Virus record (IMG/VR): IMGVR_UViG_3300025174_001223
Location: 1-37,123 of that record
DNA from: a virus
Lineage: Duplodnaviria > Caudoviricetes
DNA length: 37,123 nucleotides
Strand: one strand, 5' to 3'
Made by a program: the position numbers and the translations under genes
Shown here: piece by piece, positions 1 through 7,873 of the stretch
Position numbering within the stretch: position 1 is the stretch's first letter
How the letters are laid out: each line of letters begins with the position of its first letter
Notes under the pieces: generated by a model
Told to the model about the DNA's origin: nothing
The model's input: the letters and a program-made list of their open reading frames with translations, nothing else
The model's database searches: none

Positions 1-963
1 ACTCGCCCGCGCTGGTGTGTTATCGAGAACGTCCCCGGCCTGCTCACCAGCAACGAAGGACGGGACTTTGGAACCCTCCTCCGAGGGCTGGTCGAACTCG
101 GGTATGGCGTGGCCTGGCGGATCTTGGATGCTCAGTACTTCGGAGTCGCCCAGCGACGCAACCGCGTGTTCATTGTCGGCAGCCTTGGAGACTTCGCCGC
201 CGTCGAAGTACTACTTGAGTCCACGGGCCTGCCGGGGAATACTGCGGCGGGCGGAGCGGAGGGGGAAGCCGCTGCCCGAAGCGTTACGCCTAGCACTCGA
301 AAGGGTAGCGGGCAGTCAACCGGAGGCGGACCCTTCGTCGTCGCCAAGCCCCTCGCCGGCGCCAGCCAGTCCGGCGGCTACCGAACCACCGACGTAGAGA
401 GCGGAGCGTTCGTCGTCGACGCCCGGGGCAACGGGCCGGGCGACGTCGCCAACACGCTCACCGGCGACCACATGGACCGGGTCACGGACTACACGCCCAT
501 CGTCGCCGCACCGCTTCCTAGCCGGTCGGCCACGGGTAGCAACCTGCCCGGCCGGGGCGGCGAGGACGACGAGAACCTCGTGACGTATTGGGACGGCGGC
601 GACGGCGACGACACGCTGGACGCCAGTCAGATAGCCAAGGGCCAGATGATGCCCGAGAAGCGGAGGTTCCCGGTGGTGTTCGAGGCCCGGCTGGCCCGGA
701 ACGGCCGGGGCGCACCCGAGCCGATAGCCCCGCCGCTTAAGGCCGAGTCGGGTAGCACGGGCAAGGGCGACGCCGCCCCGCTACTGTTCGACCGCGCCGT
801 CCGCCGCCTGACCCCGCTCGAATGCGAGCGCCTGCAGGGCTTCCCAGACCTGTGGACCGAGGGCCACAGCGACTCGGCACGGTACCGGATGATCGGCAAC
901 GCCGTCTGCGTTCCGGTGGCCGAGTGGATCGGCCGCCGCATCATGGAGGTAAGCGATGGATGA
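1..963 (+). CDS. dcm: C5 cytosine DNA methyltransferase (5' truncated by window)
   Basis: Frame is open from base 1: VIENVPGLL (motif VI), ILDAQYFGVAQRRNRVFIVG (VIII), RRLTPLECERLQGFPD (IX), YRMIGNAV (X). Confidence 0.95.
   Translation, partial: TRPRWCVIENVPGLLTSNEGRDFGTLLRGLVELGYGVAWRILDAQYFGVAQRRNRVFIVGSLGDFAAVEVLLESTGLPGNTAAGGAEGEAAARSVTPSTRKGSGQSTGGGPFVVAKPLAGASQSGGYRTTDVESGAFVVDARGNGPGDVANTLTGDHMDRVTDYTPIVAAPLPSRSATGSNLPGRGGEDDENLVTYWDGGDGDDTLDASQIAKGQMMPEKRRFPVVFEARLARNGRGAPEPIAPPLKAESGSTGKGDAAPLLFDRAVRRLTPLECERLQGFPDLWTEGHSDSARYRMIGNAVCVPVAEWIGRRIMEVSDG
17..397 (+). CDS. Overlapping +1-frame ORF inside the methyltransferase, resembling the beta polypeptide of M.EcoHK31I-type enzymes
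   Basis: WSNSGMAWPGGSWMLSTSESPSDATACSLSAALET...YYLSPRACRGILRRAERRGKPLP; frame is also open back to the window start. Confidence 0.65.
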   Translation: MLSRTSPACSPATKDGTLEPSSEGWSNSGMAWPGGSWMLSTSESPSDATACSLSAALETSPPSKYYLSPRACRGILRRAERRGKPLPEALRLALERVAGSQPEADPSSSPSPSPAPASPAATEPPT

Positions 964-1147
964 ATGGACCTGCCACGTCTGTGGCGACCTCCGGCCCGAC
1001 GACAAGATCAGTGTCCTCTCGAGACAGGAGGTTCTCGAGGGCGGAGTGCAGGTCACGACCAACGTGCGCTTCTGCAACGACCGCCCGGCCTGCGTCGAGG
1101 GCTGCCAGGCCGTTGACTTCCTGCCCAACATGAAGAGGGCCACATGA
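956..1147 (+). CDS. Small zinc-ribbon protein
   Basis: CHVC...CNDRPAC, GGAGG SD upstream, overlaps both neighbours. Confidence 0.75.
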   Translation: MDEWTCHVCGDLRPDDKISVLSRQEVLEGGVQVTTNVRFCNDRPACVEGCQAVDFLPNMKRAT

Positions 1148-1782
1148 TCACCTTCGACATCGAGACCGCCGCACTCCCCAACGCCATCGACTTCGTCGGC
1201 ACGCCCAAGGCCCCGTCGAACTACAAGGACCCGGTCAAGATCGCCGAGTACGTCGCCGAGAAGAGCGCCGCCGAACTCGAGCACGCCCCGCTCGACCCGG
1301 ACCTGTGTACGGTGCGGGCGATCGGGACGTCCATCAACGGGACGGTCGCCGTGAACATCGTCGGTGAGCGGGGCATGGACGAGAGGGACCTCCTCGTGTG
1401 GTTCTGGGGCCAGTTCGCAGGCCAGCGTGGTGTCTGCTGCGGCTACAACATCCTGTCCTTTGACTTCCCCGTGCTCCTGCACCGTAGCATGGAGTGGGCC
1501 GTGCCCGTGCCCATGCCCCCGAGCCTCGCGCGGTACCGGATCGGGCCGGTGTATGATCTCTATGCGATCCTCTACAACTGGGGGCCGGGCCGGGGGCTGA
1601 AGTGGGTTGCAAACAGGTTCGGACTGGACGTGAAGAGTCCAGGCGACAGCGGGAGCGACGTCGCCGGGATGGACTACGAGCGCTTGCGCGCCTACTTGAA
1701 CTCCGAAATCAGCCTGCTCGAGCAACTCTACCAGCGGATGGAGCCGGTGTATTTCGGAGGCCGCACGTGGGAGCGGCCGTAG
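1144..1782 (+). CDS. DEDD 3'-5' exonuclease (PolB-proofreading/RNase H-like)
   Basis: TFDIET (ExoI), GYNILSFDFPVL (ExoII), YLNSEI (ExoIII-like). Confidence 0.85.
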   Translation: MITFDIETAALPNAIDFVGTPKAPSNYKDPVKIAEYVAEKSAAELEHAPLDPDLCTVRAIGTSINGTVAVNIVGERGMDERDLLVWFWGQFAGQRGVCCGYNILSFDFPVLLHRSMEWAVPVPMPPSLARYRIGPVYDLYAILYNWGPGRGLKWVANRFGLDVKSPGDSGSDVAGMDYERLRAYLNSEISLLEQLYQRMEPVYFGGRTWERP

Positions 1783-2108
1783 ACGTCTCGACAGACGTCC
1801 TCGCGCTGGGCGAACGGCTATTGACCCTAGGAGCCAAGGGTATCCCGCTGGATGCCTACGCCGCCCACATCTACGCCCGCAAGTCGACGTCCTATACCCC
1901 CCACTTCGTGAACCACCCCGAGGACGTCTGCACGGAGTTCGTCGTCACAGCCTACAGCCAGCCGGACATCGACGCCGCAACGACCCACGTGCTCCACGCC
2001 ATCGAGACCATCATCCGGCCCAACACCATCTGGGAGTGCATCCGTGGCCACTCAAAGAGCGGGGCGGCCTACGTCTCGCACATCTACTGCTACCCGCGCG
2101 CAGCCTGA
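1767..2108 (+). CDS. Hypothetical protein
   Basis: GGAGG 6 nt before GTG at 1767 within ORF 1602-2108; fills the operon gap. Confidence 0.65.
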   Translation: MGAAVDVSTDVLALGERLLTLGAKGIPLDAYAAHIYARKSTSYTPHFVNHPEDVCTEFVVTAYSQPDIDAATTHVLHAIETIIRPNTIWECIRGHSKSGAAYVSHIYCYPRAA

Positions 2109-2691
2109 CATCGCCTTCTGGTGGGCCAAGGCCACCGAGGTCGGGCTGGTCCCCGACCCCACAGCCCAGCCCACCTTCCTGCAGTGGCAGGCAGATGGTG
2201 CCCGCCTACTGCGGCTGGACCGAAAACTGCCGTGGCTCATCGGGGACTGGATCAAGTACGGCGAGCGCAGGTGGGGCGAGACCTATGCCCAGGCCATGGA
2301 CGAGACCGATTACTCCTACAGCCGGCTGTCGACCTTCGCCTACGTCTGCCGCCAGGTTGAATTTCACCGACGTCGGCAAGAATTGACGTTCGGGCACCAC
2401 GAGGTAGTCGCCCCGCTCGAGCCGAAACTGCAGGATACCTGGCTCGCCCGGGCCATCGCCAAGAAGTGGAGCATCGAGGACCTGCGGCAGGCACTGGCTG
2501 GCAAGGCACTGCGGGACAGTGGCGCGGAGTACTGGCTCGAGCGTATCATTGGAACCATCGACAGAGCAGAGCGGGAGATCGGGAGCATCCGCCTGCAGGA
2601 GTACGGGGTCGGCCCTGTGTTGCGGGTCGTCCGCCGGCGCCTAGGGAGGACCCTTGACAAGGTTAAGCCAAGCAGCGGGCGAGAGTCTTGA
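2044..2691 (+). CDS. LmbU-like HTH DNA-binding protein
   Basis: WLIGDWIKYGE...YSRLSTFAYVCRQ...RRRQELTFGHHEVVA...QDTWL...KKWSIEDLR follows the LmbU/NovE family pattern. Confidence 0.75.
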   Translation: MATQRAGRPTSRTSTATRAQPDIAFWWAKATEVGLVPDPTAQPTFLQWQADGARLLRLDRKLPWLIGDWIKYGERRWGETYAQAMDETDYSYSRLSTFAYVCRQVEFHRRRQELTFGHHEVVAPLEPKLQDTWLARAIAKKWSIEDLRQALAGKALRDSGAEYWLERIIGTIDRAEREIGSIRLQEYGVGPVLRVVRRRLGRTLDKVKPSSGRES

Positions 2692-3154
2692 GGAGTATCT
2701 GGCCTTCACGCACGTCCTCTACTGGAACCGGCGGAAGGTGTGGGTGCAGCACAACGGGATCTCCGGCCGCTGGCGCATCAACAAGGCCACGCACCAGAAG
2801 CAGTTCACTCCGACGTCCCGCATCGCAGCCCCGGACTACTACGGCTGTGTGAAGGGCCGGTTCGTAGCCTTCGACGCCAAGAGCGAGCAGGACATGTCCT
2901 GGCGCCTGCCGAAGGAGCGCGAGCATCAGTTCGATACGCTCCGGCAACTGGCCGCCGCCGGCGCGATCTGCTGGTTCGCCGTCGAGCAGCGGCCATCCCA
3001 GGTCATGCGGCTATTGCGGATTACACCGGACTCCCCTTGGCCGGCCATCAGGTTCCGATACCATAGTCTGCCCGAGTGTCTCGAGGTGTCCTGGTCGGGC
3101 CTGTTCGGGGGCTACGACTGGCTGGCGGCCGTGGAGGCGTGGTGGCTCACGTAG
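2654..3154 (+). CDS. recU: RecU-like Holliday junction resolvase
   Basis: GESLEE...PDYYGCVKGRFVAFDAKS...EHQ matches the RecU PD-(D/E)xK core. Confidence 0.8.
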   Translation: MTRLSQAAGESLEEYLAFTHVLYWNRRKVWVQHNGISGRWRINKATHQKQFTPTSRIAAPDYYGCVKGRFVAFDAKSEQDMSWRLPKEREHQFDTLRQLAAAGAICWFAVEQRPSQVMRLLRITPDSPWPAIRFRYHSLPECLEVSWSGLFGGYDWLAAVEAWWLT

Positions 3155-3486
3155 GAAGGCTACCGTCACGGCCCGTGACGGGTCCGATTGCCGGTCCGCT
3201 GCGTCTTGGGGGCATACAGGCCCTGCGGGCCGAGATCGCCACGCTCCGGGCCTGCCAGCCATATCCGTCCTGGGCACACCTCGGGGCCTTCTATGGCGTC
3301 CCCAAGGGCACCCTCTGGCGCATCGCCCAGACAGACTACGAGCCGAAGGACCGGGCGATCCGGCTGCGGCTCGGGCTACCCACTCGCCTGCCGGCCGCAT
3401 GGATCACCTGCGAGTGCGGCAACGAGTACGCTCCCAACGTCCCCTGGCGTAAGCGCTGCTACGTCTGCTCACCGCCCCGTAAATGA
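3142..3486 (+). CDS. HTH plus zinc-ribbon protein, putative regulator
   Basis: SWAHLGAFYGVPKGTLWRIA HTH, CECG...CYVC; GGAGG before GTG at 3139/3142. Confidence 0.65.
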   Translation: MAHVGRLPSRPVTGPIAGPLRLGGIQALRAEIATLRACQPYPSWAHLGAFYGVPKGTLWRIAQTDYEPKDRAIRLRLGLPTRLPAAWITCECGNEYAPNVPWRKRCYVCSPPRK

Positions 3487-3506
3487 CCGACCCCGAGGGG
3501 GGTCGG
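3487..3506. terminator. GC hairpin at the convergence of the two arms, possible terminator
   Basis: CCGACCCC-GAGG-GGGGTCGG directly after the stop codon; no U-tract. Confidence 0.35.
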
Positions 3507-3602
3507 GGCCGGTCTGCCGGAGGCACGCGATGCGGCGCGTGACCTTGCGGTCATCATAGGGCCTTTCGCCGGGCCAGTCAAGGCCCGGAGGCCCCGTGTC
3601 GA

Positions 3603-3992
3603 TCAGGGCGACTGTGGCCGGGGGTTCAGCGCCTTGTAGACGTAGGTAACGGTCCCAAGGAACACGCCGAACGCGGCCAAGATTGCCTCCGGGCTGGCCT
3701 CAAAACCAGCAAAGTAACCTGCCAGCACCATGCACGCCACCGCGATCACCAGACTGATCCCCAAGATCAGGCGGAACGCCGCGAGGCCAGTCAGGCCGAG
3801 GACGTTCTTGATCCAGTCCAGTGGCCTGGGCGCGAGGATGCCGAGCAGCAGAGACAGAATCAAGGTTGCCCAGACCAACACCTGCTCCGGGATCTCCTGC
3901 AGGAACACCGCCGCCACCAACAGCGGCAGGATCAGGATCGCCAGTACGGCGATCACGACGAGGTGGTACCGAGTTCGCATCAGACTCTTCAT
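3603..3992 (-). CDS. Four-TM membrane protein, holin-like or moron
   Basis: Four hydrophobic segments in 129 aa, GGGAGG SD, end of lysis region. Confidence 0.7.
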   Translation of the reverse strand: MKSLMRTRYHLVVIAVLAILILPLLVAAVFLQEIPEQVLVWATLILSLLLGILAPRPLDWIKNVLGLTGLAAFRLILGISLVIAVACMVLAGYFAGFEASPEAILAAFGVFLGTVTYVYKALNPRPQSP

Positions 3993-4036
3993 GTGGCCTC
4001 CCGATGGATAGAGGAACGGAGTAGAGAGACGCGTGC

Positions 4037-4065
4037 ATGCTACAACCTCATCGGCCCGGCGTCAA
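4037..4065 (-). promoter_or_regulatory. Sigma70-type promoter for the 3603-3992 gene
   Basis: TTGACG-17 nt-TAGCAT on the minus strand. Confidence 0.55.
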
Positions 4066-4865
4066 GGAGCCGACGTCGGTGGCACATAGCAGCCGGCCGG
4101 GTACTGCACGCCGTCCACGCTCAGCGCGTGGGCGACCGACAGGCCGGGCGGGCAGGGCGTAGGCTCGGTCAGTAGCGGGGCGCCGTCCACTTCGAAGGCC
4201 AGCGCCTCGTTCAAGTACCACTCCCGTAACGGCAGGCCGTCGTAGCCCCCGCCGTTCCCGATCACCCTGACGTCTGCCCATCCCACGGTCAACTGGCCCC
4301 ACCTCTGGGCCGTAGCGTAATCCACCTCCGCCGCCAGACGCTTCTGGATCACGTTCACGGCCACGTCGTTGCGGCCCGAGCAGTCCACGATCAGGAACGG
4401 GCCATCCCAATCGTGGCCCGGCCGGCGGATCATCGCCCGCTTTCCGATGTCGCCGCAGCCCATCACGGCCACGAAGCCCTTGTACTTGGAGCAGGTGATG
4501 TCCAGGTAGGTCGCCCGGTAGCCGCACACTCCCTCGGCGATGCCCTCTCCGTAACTCGAGATGGCGCCGGAGAATGAGCCGGGGTTCTGGAAGCGGGACG
4601 CGTCCCAGGTCACAAGTCCGGGCACGCAGTAGCCTTGGTTCTCGTAGCCATTCTCCTGCACGTCGTCCGTGCAGTTCACCGTCCACGGCACGGTGAACGG
4701 CCACGCCGGGTCAGGCGTCGGGCTGGGTGTGGCCGTGGGCGTCCGCGTGGGAGTAGGGCGGGCGGTAGGCCGGATCGTGGCCGTCGCCACCACAGGCTCC
4801 GCCGTAGGCGGCACGGCAGACGCGCAGGCGGTCAGCAGGAGAGCGAGTAGGATACTCCAGCGCAT
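4062..4865 (-). CDS. Lipoprotein with Pro/Thr linker and Cys-rich domain, possibly RlpA/double-psi beta-barrel-like
   Basis: Lipobox LLTAC, PT repeats, GCGDIGKRAMI...FLIVDC...AAEVD pattern. Confidence 0.7.
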   Translation of the reverse strand: MRWSILLALLLTACASAVPPTAEPVVATATIRPTARPTPTRTPTATPSPTPDPAWPFTVPWTVNCTDDVQENGYENQGYCVPGLVTWDASRFQNPGSFSGAISSYGEGIAEGVCGYRATYLDITCSKYKGFVAVMGCGDIGKRAMIRRPGHDWDGPFLIVDCSGRNDVAVNVIQKRLAAEVDYATAQRWGQLTVGWADVRVIGNGGGYDGLPLREWYLNEALAFEVDGAPLLTEPTPCPPGLSVAHALSVDGVQYPAGCYVPPTSAP

Positions 4866-5974
4866 CAGCAGGCCCAGATGCCGCAGCCGAACCAGTGCAT
4901 GAGGTAGTCCGCCTGATCCATGCCCGGCTCGACCAGATTGAAGGCCGGCACCACGACGCTCGCTCCACCCGGCGTGGTGTAGAACTCCACCGTCTCACCT
5001 AGCCGCATGCGGGCCGTATTGATCTCGGCCAGCCGCAGTGGCTCGAAGTTATCCACGCTCCATGTGATCGTCGTGATCCAGTTGTCGACCGTGACGTAGT
5101 TCCACGCCCAGGACATCAGCGTGGCGACGCCGTCGGCCCCAGCGGTGTTCATCAGGTGCTCGGGCGTCCACTGCTGCCGAGCAGCCTGCAGTACCTCGAG
5201 GGTGCGGCGGTTGCGGTCAAGATCCCCGTCGGGCGTGCGGCGGCCGCGCACATAGCATAGAACCTCATTGCCAGTCAGGTGACGGGTGACCCCCGGCCGC
5301 CAGTGCCGCCAGTCACCGCCGTTGCCGTCGGTGCCGAGGTAGTAACCGCAGAAGTCGACGTAGTCCTCGCCGGGCGTGATGTCAAGTCCGCCTAGCGCGT
5401 CAACGGCTTCCACGAACTTGCCCATCTCGACCGCCACCACTGGCCCGTCCACAGTGATCCCGAAGTTCCAGCGAATAGTCTCTCGCACACACTCTGGCCC
5501 GCCCCGGTAGTAGGCGGCGTTGATGCGGTCGAAGGCTTCTCGAGGCACGTCGGCCAACGATTGGTCGATGGCATACTGGCCCGGCAGGTCGATCCACGAG
5601 CCCGTCTGGGTGTCCCCGGCGCAGGCGATGGGCAGGTAGAGATCCCGCGGCAGGCTGAACAGGACAAGTCGGGGCGGCGCGTCCCACTGCGGGTAGGTGA
5701 CTAGAACGCCGATCACGAACACGTCGGTGCGGATGCCGTAGGCGTTCCGCTCCGGGTGGGCCGGGTCGGAGTCCAGACCGAGCAGGACGAAGGACGTCGC
5801 CTCGGGGCCGGGCACAGGCGTAGCCGTAGGCGGCACTGGCTGTAGCGGAGTGGGGCTGGGGGCGAAGATCGTGGCCTGGACAGCCACCTCCGTCGCCAGC
5901 GGCCCGCCCGTGGCCGGGGCGCAGCCGGCCAGCAGGAAGGCAAAGAGGACGAGAACGAACTCCCGTAGTTTCAT
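4865..5974 (-). CDS. LCP (LytR-CpsA-Psr) family glycopolymer transferase, lipoprotein
   Basis: LLGLD, RTD, SLPRDL, RINAAY, FVEAVDALGG, YVRGR, DLDRNRR; lipobox LLAGC. Confidence 0.93.
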   Translation of the reverse strand: MKLREFVLVLFAFLLAGCAPATGGPLATEVAVQATIFAPSPTPLQPVPPTATPVPGPEATSFVLLGLDSDPAHPERNAYGIRTDVFVIGVLVTYPQWDAPPRLVLFSLPRDLYLPIACAGDTQTGSWIDLPGQYAIDQSLADVPREAFDRINAAYYRGGPECVRETIRWNFGITVDGPVVAVEMGKFVEAVDALGGLDITPGEDYVDFCGYYLGTDGNGGDWRHWRPGVTRHLTGNEVLCYVRGRRTPDGDLDRNRRTLEVLQAARQQWTPEHLMNTAGADGVATLMSWAWNYVTVDNWITTITWSVDNFEPLRLAEINTARMRLGETVEFYTTPGGASVVVPAFNLVEPGMDQADYLMHWFGCGIWAC

Positions 5975-6019
5975 CGGCTCTCCTATCGTGGGGGGAAGGC
6001 CCGGTCCGGCACGGCTGTC

Positions 6020-6048
6020 AGGCTACCACAGGCCAGCCGGCCGGGCAA
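6020..6048 (-). promoter_or_regulatory. Sigma70-type promoter with extended -10 upstream of LCP
   Basis: TTGCCC-17 nt-TAGCCT with TGn before the -10; AGGAG SD downstream. Confidence 0.55.
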
Positions 6049-6053
6049 GCCGC

Positions 6054-6167
6054 CTACTTGGTCGGTGGCACCTTCCGCACCGCCCACACCAGCATGGCTA
6101 GGACGAGATAGGAGAGGATGCCTGCCAGTAGCGCCCAGATCAGGGGTGGGTCGGTGGGCTGTCCCAT
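6054..6167 (-). CDS. 37-aa single-TM peptide (below ORF-track cutoff)
   Basis: MGQPTDPPLIWALLAGILSYLVLAMLVWAVRKVPPTK, translated by hand. Confidence 0.55.
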   Translation of the reverse strand: MGQPTDPPLIWALLAGILSYLVLAMLVWAVRKVPPTK

Positions 6168-6169
6168 GT

Positions 6170-6185
6170 TTGCCGACGTCGGCAA
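6170..6185. promoter_or_regulatory. Perfect 16-bp palindrome TTGCCGACGTCGGCAA, copy 1 (intergenic)
   Basis: Fills 16 of the 18 bp between two genes; identical copies at 19293 and 30381. Confidence 0.7.
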
Positions 6186-6494
6186 CTACGCCCTGCGCCT
6201 TGGCTTGGCCGCTGCCGCGTTGATCTTGCCATTCTCGAACTTGCGGATCTTCTTGTACATGGCTGGGACGCCGTTTGCGATGGCACTCGTCATAGCGTCC
6301 TCCAAGCCCTTCGCCATCGCCTCGCCGATCTCCCTAGCGGCGATCTTGAAGGCTTCGCGCTGGGCATTGGTCGCCTGATCCACCTGGCGCTTGCTCCAGA
6401 TGTGTCCCCTAAATCCAAGCCATGCGACGACGCCTAGGATCATCAGCGCGCCGAATGGTCCGAGCGCCCACTGCAACTGAGGCGGGAGTTCCAT
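6186..6494 (-). CDS. Single-TM holin-like protein
   Basis: TGATG overlap with the endolysin stop, N-terminal TM, basic C-terminus. Confidence 0.65.
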   Translation of the reverse strand: MELPPQLQWALGPFGALMILGVVAWLGFRGHIWSKRQVDQATNAQREAFKIAAREIGEAMAKGLEDAMTSAIANGVPAMYKKIRKFENGKINAAAAKPRRRA

Positions 6495-7873
6495 CAAGCC
6501 ACCGCCCGCAGTTTGTAGCCCGGCTCCCAGAACCATCCCTCCTGCGTCCCGAACTTAACCTTCCACCAGTCGCCGCCCTCGCCTCCGAAGGCAAGCGCCT
6601 GCAGAAGAGTGTTGGCGGCCAGCAGACGGATGATGGGTGCCTGGTCGTTGGGCTGCTCGCGCAGGTTGCCAGCGATGTCCACGATCCATCCGTTGCCCGG
6701 GAAGAGGTCTGGCATGTAGGCCGTCGGGTTGACGATGTCGCTCTTGTTCATCCACGGGCTACCCTTGCCATAGTGCTTCAGGGTCATGTGCAGGTGCGGC
6801 CCGCTCGAGTTGCCCGTGTTGTCAGCCAGCCCGACCACCTGTCCCCGCTCGACGGCTTCGCCCAGAGCCACGCGGAGGCTGGCGACCTGGCAGTGGCCGT
6901 AGACGGTCTCGTAGACCTCGAGGCCAAGGGTGTGCTTCACCCGCACATGCACACCGTAGGCCCCACTCCCGGCGGCCGGCTCCACCCGGCTCACCACGCC
7001 AGGCGCCGCAGCGAAGATCGGCGATCCAGTCAGCGCCCGGAAGTCGATGCCTTCATGGCCCGGTAGCCCGAATTGCGCGTAGTGCTGCCTGTTGATGCCG
7101 TACCGTTGGGTCAGCGTCTTGGGCGGATCGCACGGCCAAGCCAGCCAGAGCGCGTCGGATGGCACCGGCGGCGGGGCGGGCGGATCGACCTCGAACTCAT
7201 TGCCCGCCAGCCATGCCCGCAAGTCCTCTGTCCGAACAACCTTGTCGCCCATCTCGCCTCCTATGTGGCCCGCATAGTCGTCGATCCAGTAGTCACGGTC
7301 GGCCGCCCCGCGCTCACACCAGCCCACCTGCCATGCGTTGGACTGCTGCCAGTTTACGACGGCGATGTCGAGATCTGCAAGTGGCCCCCACACGCTGGGG
7401 CCGTCGTCATTATATCCCGTCAGCCAGTGCTCGTACTGCTCGAGCCATGCCGGAAGTGGGTCGACGATGTCGTAGTACCACGAGCCGGTGTAGATGATCG
7501 GCCGTCGGCCGGCCCACGACTCGACCCGGATCAGGAAGGAGTGTAGTTCATCCCAGCGGAGCGGCAGCAGTTCGACGTCGACGACGAAAGGGAGTTCGCC
7601 ATCGTAGGTCAGCGAGCACGTGACTACCCCCGCCATGTGGGCTGCAGCGCCGTGGCCAGCCCGCTCATCCCACACCCAATAGCCGTAGCGGTCGATGGCG
7701 ACGGCCTTGGCGCCCAACCAGTTCTCGAGCCGGCGCGGATCCGCGTAGCCGTTGCGCCCGTCCCGCTGGCCCCATCGGATGCCCGCGTGCACAACGCCGT
7801 CGGCTTTGGCTCCGGGCCAGTAGACAAGCCCGTTGAACAGGCTGACATCTGTCCCCAGAACCCTCTCGGTCAT
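6494..7873 (-). CDS. Endolysin: GH25 muramidase + M23 peptidase + SH3b-like domain
   Basis: GTDVS, VVDVE, IIYTG, WQ (GH25); HEGID, YGH, TGNSSGPHLH (M23); GNLREQP...WWKV...EGW (SH3b). Confidence 0.93.
   Translation of the reverse strand: MTERVLGTDVSLFNGLVYWPGAKADGVVHAGIRWGQRDGRNGYADPRRLENWLGAKAVAIDRYGYWVWDERAGHGAAAHMAGVVTCSLTYDGELPFVVDVELLPLRWDELHSFLIRVESWAGRRPIIYTGSWYYDIVDPLPAWLEQYEHWLTGYNDDGPSVWGPLADLDIAVVNWQQSNAWQVGWCERGAADRDYWIDDYAGHIGGEMGDKVVRTEDLRAWLAGNEFEVDPPAPPPVPSDALWLAWPCDPPKTLTQRYGINRQHYAQFGLPGHEGIDFRALTGSPIFAAAPGVVSRVEPAAGSGAYGVHVRVKHTLGLEVYETVYGHCQVASLRVALGEAVERGQVVGLADNTGNSSGPHLHMTLKHYGKGSPWMNKSDIVNPTAYMPDLFPGNGWIVDIAGNLREQPNDQAPIIRLLAANTLLQALAFGGEGGDWWKVKFGTQEGWFWEPGYKLRAVA

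Noticed and set aside
439-450. GGCGACGTCGCC and other short GACGTC-centred palindromes
   Set aside because: Short, expected at this GC content, and different from the 16-mer arms
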